A stretch of 64,000 nucleotides of DNA from Raillietiella orientalis. Its lineage: Eukaryota. Within the stretch, counting starts at the first letter, position 1. The number at the start of each line of letters is the position of its first letter. The stretch is taken from contig JAYWIR010000001.1 in assembly GCA_036172245.1 (NCBI GenBank), forward strand, positions 2,418,001-2,482,000, in the 5' to 3' direction. Both the position numbers and the translations under genes were made by a program. This document shows, piece by piece, positions 25,961 to 36,200 of the stretch. Below the pieces are notes generated by a model. It saw only the letters and a list, made by a program, of their open reading frames with translations, was not told the DNA's origin and did not search any database.

Positions 25961-27589
25961 AGATCACTGATCTCCTGGAGTCGTATACCTAGTGGCATTG
26001 AACGATAATATTTTCTTCTCATGTAGAGTCAACAGCCCGTGCTCATTGGATTTAGACGAGGTGTTGTTTACATGGCAAGGGTTCAGCAAGGTTAACGTCA
26101 TTGCTGCTAAAGCAACCTAAATCCAAAATCTAAAAGTATATAACCAATGCTGCGCTGAAGAGTGCAGGCCTAAAAGTGTGTATCCAACGAATCTACTTAC
26201 GAGATGATTCGTACACTTTTTATTGGAGTCTCAACCTGCGTTCTTGTAACTCAAAAAAGAGTACATCACAGCGCACTGAAATACGCAGAGGTTATCAGCT
26301 TCATTTGGTTCAGCATGGAATGGTTCCGGAAGATAAATAAGATGAGGTGTACAGATCCTTGACGATCATAAATCGTACACAGATGACGGGTGCTTGTGGA
26401 TGTCAGAGGATTCTGCTTGAGAAGAAAACTGTACAGGAGGCCTCGTGCAGAAGAACGGTTCATGAGAGTGGTAATCGGTACGGCGATTTGCAGTTTCAAG
26501 GCTTCGCCTGTTTCAGTCGCAAAGAATGTGCAGCAGTGTTCCCACCCCCATGCAAAGCGCGCATTTTTCAGAAGAGTCGCCTCATGAAGACTTGATGCCG
26601 TACAGTTTCATCGAAAACTCCTGGGTGAAGCCAAATTTCGGCGAACCAAGCATGCCGTTGTGTATGGAAGAGCAAGAAGTATTCAAAATGTCATGGGGAA
26701 ATTCGGCGTATTCCAGCCTACCATGGCGGCTCTCGGTTTGCTTTCCGAAGATCTCTGAGCTTGTTAGCAGCACCGCCAAATCATTGACCAGACAGTGGCG
26801 ACCTGGTGACGTGCCCACAAGGATGCACTGTAGAGGGCATGACTTGTGAATTCGTCTTGAGCTGAAGCAGCCTGACGTTCACGGAAGGAGCAAATGCGTC
26901 GTGTCTTGCAAGGCTCATGCGGAACGGACCCACGAAACAGCAACGAAAGCGTGGAGCCTTTGTACACGGGAAAAAAGCTCCACATTTTTTCCCGTGTACA
27001 GCGGGAACGCTTCACAGAAGTCGGCAGGCTCTTCGAAGCAAATCGGGTCCAGAATCTTGCTGTCTTCTCCCCTGGAGATATGTTTGAGTTGCTTCAGAAA
27101 GTAGAATGTAACTAGCAGGCATTACGCGTTCATTTGGGATTCTGATGGCATCTCGGTTTTGCAGAAGGACAGAAAATCGAGGATCTCACTGCTGCTTCCT
27201 CGAAAATAACACGCAGATTTTTCACACCACATAGGAACTTGTGGTTTATAAATAAACTGATGAGAAGAAAGAATTAAAAATTTAGGATTCCATTCTTAGC
27301 TTTATTTTTGAAGTTGCTCGAATGGATGGTTTTCTAAATCTTCATGGAAAAATGAGAATCAATTTCTTTCATCACTATAAACTTTAATGTCCGTAGTATA
27401 AAAGTCGACTCATGGGGCTCCTAGTGGTTTCGGTCGACTTCTCCGTATTTGAAAGGGTTCCAGAATTTTCCGGAATCACGATAGAAATTTGCGTTTTCTT
27501 CATTTTACAATAAACATGCGTGTCGGCGGTTGCAGTGAGAGCTTCCGAGTTCATTCTGAGCGACCAGTTGCGCACTGTGCTCAGGTGAG

Positions 27590-28039
27590 TCATCAACATT
27601 GGACCTTCTTCACGCCAGGAGGCCTGTCGTTAGGTGCTGTTGCCGCAACGGTGTGCTGCATCCGCGCCATCGACAAGGCCCACCGACAGTTGGAGTCGCA
27701 GGCGATTCGTCGAGAGGCCACCGGAATAGCCGACGACGACATGACGTCGGCTTCCAGGTGGTCTCATCTTCCAGAAGACGCAAGGAAGGAGATCTCCGTC
27801 ATCCAACGCCGGTTCTGAAAAGAAGGAAGGCCAATACCAAAGACCCCTGTCCCCAGCCTTCCCCATATGTTTTTTTTTTAATGTTTTTTATATATTTACT
27901 CGTGGTTCCCTCCCTCCCTTTCCGGACTTTCGGTTTTACCGACTTGCGTGTCGGGGGGCCCTCCCATCGTTTTTCTGTACCCTTTGTCCGGAAACCTTGT
28001 TCGCGGATAGTTTAGTAATAAACGCCCCGGCGCACCCGG
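27590..28039 (+). mobile_element. L1/Tx1-like LINE 3' terminal fragment
   Basis: VAATVCCIRAI...RWSHL...EISVIQR resembles IAALCCLRGI...PWSHL...ELAGILR of the 14617 copy. Same AATAAA-hairpin terminus. Confidence 0.65.
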
Positions 28040-28939
28040 ATGAGGAACATTTGACCAGTGTAAGAAGCTCTTCTTGCCTTCTGCCTAAAAAGCCGAACCG
28101 CCGCTCGATTTTCCGCAGCCGTCTGCTTCTCGTTCCACTAACGACATTCTGATGTTCAAGAGTCCGCAAGTAAAATCAGCTTGTTGTGATTTCAAAGATG
28201 AGCATTTTGTCAGAGCCCTCGACTCACGGAAAAGCTTGTGAAGATATCGAAACTCTCAAAATGCTTCGAAGGCAGCTCCCCTGAGTCGTCAGCCAAAGAT
28301 CAACTGACGAGGGATTTCGAGTCGTCAACCTATTATGCTGCTCAGATGGAATCGGAACGCTTCTTCGAAGTTTTTGTAAAAGATATGGTTCGCCCGGTCT
28401 CAGAGCGAGGTCAGTAGGACAGCGGGATCCAGGTTTTTCTACTTCTCGAACTGGGATTCAGGCTGCGCGCGTCGCACCTTTTTCCTGCTGTAAGGGACGG
28501 GTTTGGTTCTTGCTGCAGGAGGCTCGCATTTTGGAAAATCTGCACATGTCTTTCGGTGCGACGTCAACGGTATGCCCAAATCTTCTCTAGGGTCCAAAAT
28601 TTACCTCCGTGTTTCACGTAAAAATGCTGCCACGCCTTCACTATGCCTCGACGTGTTTTTCTCCCTCTGCAGACTTGAGATCCGCGGATGGAGGCGGCTA
28701 AAGACCGACGGCTGCGTGCATGACGAAGAAACTTGGAGAAACAGGTCCGCTCCCATCGTGCGAGGGGAAATACGAAAAGGGAGGGGAATGTTGCTGCTGC
28801 AGAGAGAGCTCCTGCGGCTGTCGCGTCAGAAGTGAGAGTCTCTCTTTGCACACACGAGAGTCTGCAAGACCAGGCAAATAGCGAGTCCTCTCGTGACTAG
28901 AAAAAGAGCGTGGATTTCCCCATCTAGCATGTGCAACGC

Positions 28940-29640
28940 GCCACGTTTGCCGCTGTTCCCGTTCGAGGCACCATGGAATCGGATTATACTTTGCATATGA
29001 ATCGGAGGAATACTTGTGCTCGTGCTTGCAATGACAAGATGGACTCTTTCTTTGTCGTAAACTTGATGATGTTTGAAGTTTGAAGGTGCAGGGTTGCTGA
29101 ATGTCTAAGGAAACACAAAGCTCGTTCGTGTGAGGAAGATTCTCGAAACTGTTCACAGAATGTGCGCTTTGTTTTTTGGTCAGCTCCGAATCTGGAACCA
29201 CATTACTTGACCGCGCATCCGATGAAAAAGACTCTGCTCTTACGGTTTTCGTCCGCCTGAGAATTATTCTTGAGGCGCTTTTAGTATTCAGTGACAAATG
29301 CTTTGCAGGCTTCAAACACAAACCGTATCAAATGTTGGAAGTGTGCCGTGCACTCTGGTATGCAATAGGTCTCCACAACCCTCTATTATGGTGGACACGA
29401 TGAGCTTATGGGGCTACCGGTAGCGGCAACCAGTGCATTGCAGAGAATAAAAAGGTCCTCCGTTCTACTGCGCAGTGTCTTCAGGGGATGGAAGCTCAGC
29501 AAAGGGGGTCTGACTTAAGAGGAACAAAGAACTGTTCCAACCTCGAGATTGCATGGAAAAGCGTGTCCAAAACGGGGATTCAGGCAAGTTGAAAACTCTT
29601 CTGCAGTCTTCAGCAGCGGACTCTCTTCAGATTACAAGGG
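28940..29640 (+). mobile_element. Possible LTR-retrotransposon (BEL/Pao-like) integrase remnant
   Basis: Degenerate HHG...Y...RK zinc-binding-like region, then VFSDKCFAGF...W...NPLLWW resembling SDN...F...W...PWWGG. Stops present. Confidence 0.35.
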
Positions 29641-31346
29641 GAAAAATGTATGTGTAGCCATCAGAAGCTGGACGTTTAAAATTTAAAGAATGTTTTTTTA
29701 AATTTTTGTGCACGCAATATTGAGTATCCATTTGACATTATAGAAGATTTTATTGTGTAGCAGCCTCAACATACAGAGCATTTTATTATAAGCACGATTT
29801 GCTAGCAGTTTTGAAAGTTTCAATGTCTTAATTACATGAAGTATGAGCTTCCAGACAAAAGGGCTTTTTTTTTATAATTAATAATGAGTAAATAAAGAAT
29901 CGATTGCACTGAATAAATTCTGATAAAAGCCTTTTCGAATTGGGGAATGAATCTGTGGTGGAAAATGACTTAAAAGTGAAGTGCATCAAAGCTTCTGAAT
30001 ACCCTGATTTTCCAACAAGTTTGACCGCAAAGCGCGTCCTTGTTCTCTAGCCAAATCCATCTGCTGCATCATCCGATAAAAAATGAAAATTCATCGCAGA
30101 AAGGCCCGCAGGCCAGAAAATCATCCACTGATTAGGTCGAGGGGCGGACTCCGTCGATTCCCTCGCACTCAGCCATCTCAGCTTCAACCCAAATTGAATT
30201 GGGATTTCCTCATGCACGTCACACGAACACCGACAAAACCGAAAGTGTTTCCATGTCGCTATCCCTGAAAGTGTTTCCTTGATAGAGACATCTTTTTCGA
30301 TAGAACTGATGAATCGAAAAACACAAATAAGTCTAATGCTCATGAGCTCATTTCCCATTCGTGATTTGTCTCTCTCATTCTTCTATGGAATTTTCATCCA
30401 CGTTACTCTTCTGACCACTGTTATTCCTAAGAACTGTGAGAACTAAGAAACAGTTCTTTGCGAATAAAGTTTCCTTATTTGCAGACAACTGTTCCATATT
30501 CCGCGTCAATTTGCAAAGCAACTAAATTTGCAGATACACCAACATCTTGTGCACTTACTGTCCAATAAGGAGTTCTTTATGGAATCAACATCACCTCGGC
30601 TCTTCCTATCTACTTGCATGTTTCTTAGTTTTTTTCTCCCCTTCCTTCCTCATCGATTACATCCTTTAATGTTATTAAGGAATGCCGCAATTTCACTATG
30701 AGCTTTTACCTGTTCTGCTGATTGCTCCTTCACTATCAACGAGCACCCTTTCCTCGTGACAAAGCTGCTTCCTCTATTCATCATTTCATAATATTGCCAT
30801 CTCCATTCCAGCAATCCGCAGAGTCATCATATCCCTCATAATGGCATCATCCCCTTCTTTCTCCAGAGACTATTTATTTATTCCTCATATTGCAAATAGT
30901 CCATAATCAACTTATATATCAAGAGACAAATGCAGGTCTAGCCTTCAAGAGCCCTGTGTGATGTAATTCCCGTACAGCTGCAAGTGGAACAAACTACATA
31001 CAACCTATGGTTTGTAGGGCAGCCGCATGAGTGCGGCTAATGCCACATGATGAGGGATGCCAACAAGGAGAGGCACCAATGATGAGGTGTCCCTGGGTAC
31101 GGAGCGCAGGAGGAGGTGGAAAGAAGAAGGAAGAGCGAGCATGGGAGAATGAGGGAGAATTGAAAAGGGACCTCGGCAGTCGGAAGATTGCTCCTCGACT
31201 GCCGCTTTGTGGAGGATGCGTCTGGTTGCGACGTGTTTTCAAGCAACGCGCCGCCACTTTTCCCGGCTTTTCTCGCCTGACTTCCAGCCTTTTTTGGAGG
31301 AGTGGCCATAGAAGCCTCCGGAATGCACAACGGACTAATGTTGCCC

Positions 31347-31415
31347 GCGGAGGAGGCTTTGTGGTTAAGACTTCCGCGCGTGGCACCATGCGTCGCGGGT
31401 TCGAATACTTCGGCA
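31347..31415 (+). promoter_or_regulatory. tRNA-derived head with RNA Pol III type-2 internal promoter (SINE-like; tRNA-His-like)
   Basis: A-box-like AGGCTTTGTGG at 31354 and B-box GGTTCGAATAC at 31398 lie at +8 and +52 from 31347, which is tRNA geometry. GTGGTTA..ACT..GCG..GTGGC resembles tRNA-His. No intact acceptor stem. Confidence 0.5.
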
Positions 31416-31541
31416 GAAACTCTGATGCCACTGCGTCGTCGAGTTCCGAGTTTCTCCTGCAATGGCGCTGGTTGGCCTAATCATTCGGGCGTGGCACCGG
31501 TGGTGGATTAAGCCGGAGTTCCCTGATTCAGGCCGGAACAA

Positions 31542-32114
31542 TGGGAAATTGACCTTCGGGTCTTCCCAGGAATAAAGAAATAGGGAGTTCCCCCTCCGGT
31601 CGTGCAACGGAGAGCGGACTCCCCTCACCGAAGGGGCCCTCCGGTTTCAAGATGGAGCAGGGGCCCGCACGGGCACCTCACCAGTTGTTCAAAGGAGCGG
31701 ACCCCCCTGTTGGGGGGTCCCTCCGGGTCGTCTCCTCTTCACAGAGTGTGCACAAGGAAGCAAGCGAGAGCGATTCCCTGCGGGAAGCTGCAGCGCCCCT
31801 TCGGGGTTCTCTTCAGAGGAGTGAACAGGAGCGGTTCCCTTGCGAGTTCCCTCCGGAGAAGAAATTCCTACAAGCGGATCCTTTCCGGGTTCCCTTCGGA
31901 GAAGTTGAAATGGAGAGGACCACTACCCTCGCAAGGGGTGTCCCTCCGGAAAGAATAAGGAAGGGGGATTCCCTTCGGGGTTCCCCTTCGGAGACAACCA
32001 GGGTTGGAGGTGCGATCCCCCCCCGTCCGGGGTGGATCCCTCCCCAAGCGTGAGAGGAACGGACTCCGAGCCCTTCCTGGATTCATAGGGCGGACCACCA
32101 TTCCGGGGTGCCCT
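31542..32114 (+). repeat. Array of ~12 related GC-rich hairpins (GGAG-C-GGAY...TCC-CTCC-GG) separated by A-rich spacers
   Basis: Inverted repeats are directly visible, e.g. GGAGCGGACCCCCC-TGTT-GGGGGGTCCCTCC (31694-31724) and GAAGGGGGATTCCC-TTCG-GGGTTCCCCTTC (31960-31989). Confidence 0.85.
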
Positions 32115-32169
32115 CTATGCTGAAGAATTACATGCCCCCTGAGGGTTGCCGTGGGCGGAGATAAAAAAA

Positions 32170-32800
32170 AGGAGGGGGGCTGCGCTAGGAGAGGAAAGAG
32201 AGAGGAAACAATGGGTAAGAGGACTGGAAATGAGAAGGCAGAGCTAAGAAAGACAAGAAGGAATAAGGAGGAGTATGATAGAGATTAATGAAGGAAGAGG
32301 ATGAGCGTAGACGGGCAGAGGCAAACGAGATGGAGAGTCTGAATTAAAGCGATGTTGGAAACGGAGTAAAGTTAGGAGATGGATGAATAAAACAAAGGAA
32401 GGACGAGGAAAACACGTGGAAGGGCATGGAAAGGGCCGAAGGGAGATGTAGAAAACGGAAGGGATGAGGGGGAGTAGGAAAGGAGGACAGTTGCAGAAGC
32501 AGTAAGTGGATTTGAAAGAGAAAATAGAGTAGAGCAAGGAGGGAATTGGGAGAAAAAAACGAACTGGAGATGAATGAATAATCTAGAGGAAGTGATGAGG
32601 AAGATGATGATGATGATGACGAAGACTAGGAAGACGAGAAAAAGGAGATGGAGAAAAAAGAAAAAAGAAATAGCATGAGTTGGAAGGGTGAGGAAAGGTT
32701 GGAGAGAGGTACGGCTAGAAGAGAAAAACTGAAGCAAAAAGTGTGGGCATGAAGGGAAGATAGGAATAAGGAAAAAAATGAGGCCATAGGTGACATGGAA
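32170..32800. repeat. Purine-rich (GA) low-complexity tract
   Basis: Plus strand is almost devoid of C over about 600 bp. Confidence 0.85.
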
Positions 32801-32937
32801 TGAAGGGTATTTCGGGTACGCGAGCCTCTCGTTCTGGAAGAGGAGGAATATGTAACTTCATGAAGGACCACCGACGTCGCAAAGGCAGGAATTCTCCTCA
32901 CGGCTTGAAGTCGCGGCGAGCCACCGCGGGCACGTAC

Positions 32938-33628
32938 CTTCAAGAACCGAAAGGTCTTTGTTTTTTTCGATCCTGTTTGTCCTAGTTCTCTGGCGTTGTA
33001 TCCCCTGAATAGTCAACCCCGCTTCCGCTACTTTGCTTTTCCGGCCAGCCGTCAGGACTGTAGTTTCTCCAAGTCGGTGGCCAATCCGCGTCAAGTCGAC
33101 GGCATGAAGGCTTCCCAGAAACTTTTCGAACTCTCTGAAATCCACGTCCATGTCTTCCTCAACACGCTGCTCCCTCGCTACCTCGTCGGAGAGGAAGCTC
33201 ACGATCAAATTGAGCTCGTCGCTGCCACTCACAAACTGCCTGTGGCCACCTCGCGGTTCCTCGCCACGTAGCGAGAAGGCGACAATTTGAGTCTTCAAAT
33301 CTTCAGAGGTGTCCGAGGAGCGCTTCAACTGTTATGTCCCTGTCTTGCAGAGCGATCTCGAATTACCCCTCACTCTCCTCAAGAGTGCCAGCAGCAACTC
33401 CGGCTCCTCTTGCACCCTGCGAACGAGATCTTTGATCTGGGCGCCACTCAAGTCGCAAACGCAGCGCAGCAGCGTCGACAGGGCTTCCGGTTCCCAAGCC
33501 GACGACAAGCGCGCGCACCGCTGCTCGGTTGCCAGAGCTGTTGCACTGCTCTGCCACTGGTGTTCCAGGGGACGTACTTCGGGAGACGGCCCACAACCGT
33601 CTCCGCATCGGTCCCTTCCAAACTGGCG
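32938..33628 (-). CDS. Putative exons of an unknown gene or pseudogene
   Basis: Frames 33374-33628 (...EPELLLALLRR) and 32938-33328 (LKRSSDTSEDLKTQ...) join in phase across a 45-nt GT-AG intron (33329-33373). Flanking exons are unresolved. Confidence 0.4.
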
Positions 33629-34439
33629 CTGAGACGGAAGCGGAATTGCACCATGCTTACTTTCATCACCCGCCCTTCCTGATCTCACCTATTCCTACTC
33701 CGTGATGCAAAACGGACTGTCCTGGAAAACGCGGGACGCTCGCTACTGGGCGCACACCTCTGCGCACGGCTCGACTGGAGGCGAAGCTGCTGCGGGTGTA
33801 CTGCGCTTCTGTGACCTCCCACCTCCAAATCGCTGTCCATCCACCGGTGCACCGTCATCAGACTTAAAGAGAGACCAAGAGTTTTATGTACATCCGGCCT
33901 TTCATCTTGGCTTTAGATCCTCTGCCGCGTTGTTCTAATCATCCAAGTCTTCTGGCTATCCGGTTCTTGAAACGTTGCGTCCGCTGCAACTTCCGCTCCT
34001 GGTTGCGAACGTCACCTGTCGGAATTTCCTTCTTCCTTGTTACTTAGAACACCTGGATGTTGTCGATCTCCTTGCCTATTGTCCATTGTCTGTGCAGAGC
34101 CATCATTTCGTGAAGATTCCAACGTATCTCTGAGAAATTTCTCTTTCGAATGAAACCAGATAAACTGCAGCGTTTCCATGGTTTCCTTTACCCTCAGAAA
34201 AACTCGAGAACGAATAGATGTGATCCTCGATGCGTTTCTTTCTACCTGCCCCCGCAATGGTGATTTCTCCTGGGCGGTTTTCCGCCGCCACCCTTCCTTC
34301 CCGGCGACAAATGGCGGTTCCATGAAATCTTCTCTGGGCCTGGGATTTGAACATCTCGATGTCTTTCTTTCCAGTTCTGTTCGGTATCAATGTGGCTCTT
34401 CCCATTCATATTTGCAGATTGTGACTAGCATATGACCAT

Positions 34440-34940
34440 GAACACTGATAAGTATACATTCATGCGTCTACGTATACATACATATGTATGTATGTATTTA
34501 AAAAAATGATACTGATAATAATAATGCATTTGTATTCTGAATTAAATATTTCTTTGCAGGGGCCCATATACGGACAGATATAATTGTGCATATATGAATG
34601 TTATGGGCATATCGATATATATACATAGATGCATGTTTTCCTATGTGTATGTATAAGAAGGGGCACAAATATTTTTGTTATAGAAGCCAATATATATGGA
34701 TATCAAGATTCATAGTGAAATGAATGAATATACATGTTCGTTTTTAGATGTATGAATTGATCAAAGTCGGTTTACATATGCGGATGGAAACGTATGTATA
34801 CAGTACTTTGCAAATTGCACGTTTCGATGCGAATATGTATGTGCGTATATCGATATTCACAGTTTGTAATTCAATTGTCTTTTTATTCATGAAGGTATAT
34901 GTATACCTTGCTATGAACATAGCTGCCATGATGAGAAGAT
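34440..34940. repeat. AT-rich TA/TG low-complexity region
   Basis: Many atat/tatg/atac microrepeats, including the palindromic atacatacatatgtatgtat. Confidence 0.6.
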
Positions 34941-35749
34941 ACACTGTCGCGGAAATGTGCATGTCGATTGGAATGTGTGCTGATCGATGCTCCTATCTGT
35001 TTCTCGGCTTCCCATACCTTTTCCATTCCTAGGAGTGAAACGAATGAACACACGCATTTCCGTTGTTTGATGTTTGGCGATGTTTCTCGTTCTGAGTTTG
35101 GATGAGCAGCGGCATGGCTGCCTCTGGCACGCGAGGCGCGCCGCTGCCTCCACGGAGCCACTTTGCAGGTCGCGGCGCTGGTGCTTCCGCGATTGCCATT
35201 GCGGCGCTCTTTGCCGTGTTCGCAGTGTTTTCACTCGTGTTCTACGCGCTCCGGCGGCTCGGAGAGCGTCTGGAGACGCAGACTTCGATTCGGGTAAGAA
35301 GAGGAGGAAGTGCGCAATCCGCTCGTCGCGTACGATCGGAATGAAGAGTACGTCACGAATTGTAGAAAGTGACACAAGTGATACATCGATATGGAGAAGA
35401 CACGGGAGCATTGCAGATAGCTTCGTGCTGGGATGGACGATCAAGAAGACGCTCGAGCAAACAGCGCGGATAGTACGTCCGGAGCAGAGCAGTTGAAGAG
35501 GTCTCGAAAAAGCTGCAGCTGTCTCTCTTTCGGCTGTTGCTGGAAAACAAGAGGTGGCCATGTCAGGCGGAGTACATTGCAAGCTTGTTCGACTTCCGAA
35601 CACAGAACAGGGAGAAGTCGTTCCGGAAGTTAGAAACGAGATAATAGATCTACAGAATACGGAACTGCCTCCAACAACCTTCACCTGTTCAGCCTGGAAG
35701 ATGATAATTAATTATTAGCACGCGCACCCGCTTTAGTGAGGCTGGCAAC

Positions 35750-36200
35750 TAGATGGATTACATACTCTTTGCCTGCGCGCCTACAGGTGGGGCCGCTTTC
35801 GCCAGTAAACGATGCGCCGGTTCCTGGAGCATATAAAATGGGACTGTCTAGGATGCACGGAGGTCTTCTGCGAGAACTACGTCACTTGTAGTGAAACGAA
35901 CTTAAATGCTGAAGTCATCCCCGAGCACAAAGTCAGCATGGCTGGCTCTTCAGTGTTGGAAATGAGACTGCAAAACATTGGCGTTGATCTCGATCGAGAT
36001 TTTGATGGGTTCGACACGATGTTTTGCGGCGGTGGTTTGTGTATGGTTGCCACCAGCCAACGCGAAGCAGATGCTTAAACCAAGTGGGAGATGCAATCTC
36101 GTGGGGAGCAGTCTGCAAGCCTCCTTCTACTTGTCCGGATCACGAGACAAAGTGATGAGGGCTTCTTTCTCATGTTAACCTAAGTTGGGACTGGTGAATC
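35750..36200 (+). mobile_element. Possible LINE APE endonuclease remnant
   Basis: IKWDCLGCTEV (cf. WDILGLSEV) and VVCVWLPP (cf. xxxVYxPP) in shifted frames. Confidence 0.3.

Noticed and set aside
31602-32053. ORFs across the hairpin array
   Set aside because: Open frames are expected in GC-rich palindromic sequence, and the peptides show no consistent repeat frame.
31542-32114. CRISPR array interpretation of the hairpin array
   Set aside because: Repeats are not identical, spacing is irregular, there are no cas genes, and the context is eukaryotic.
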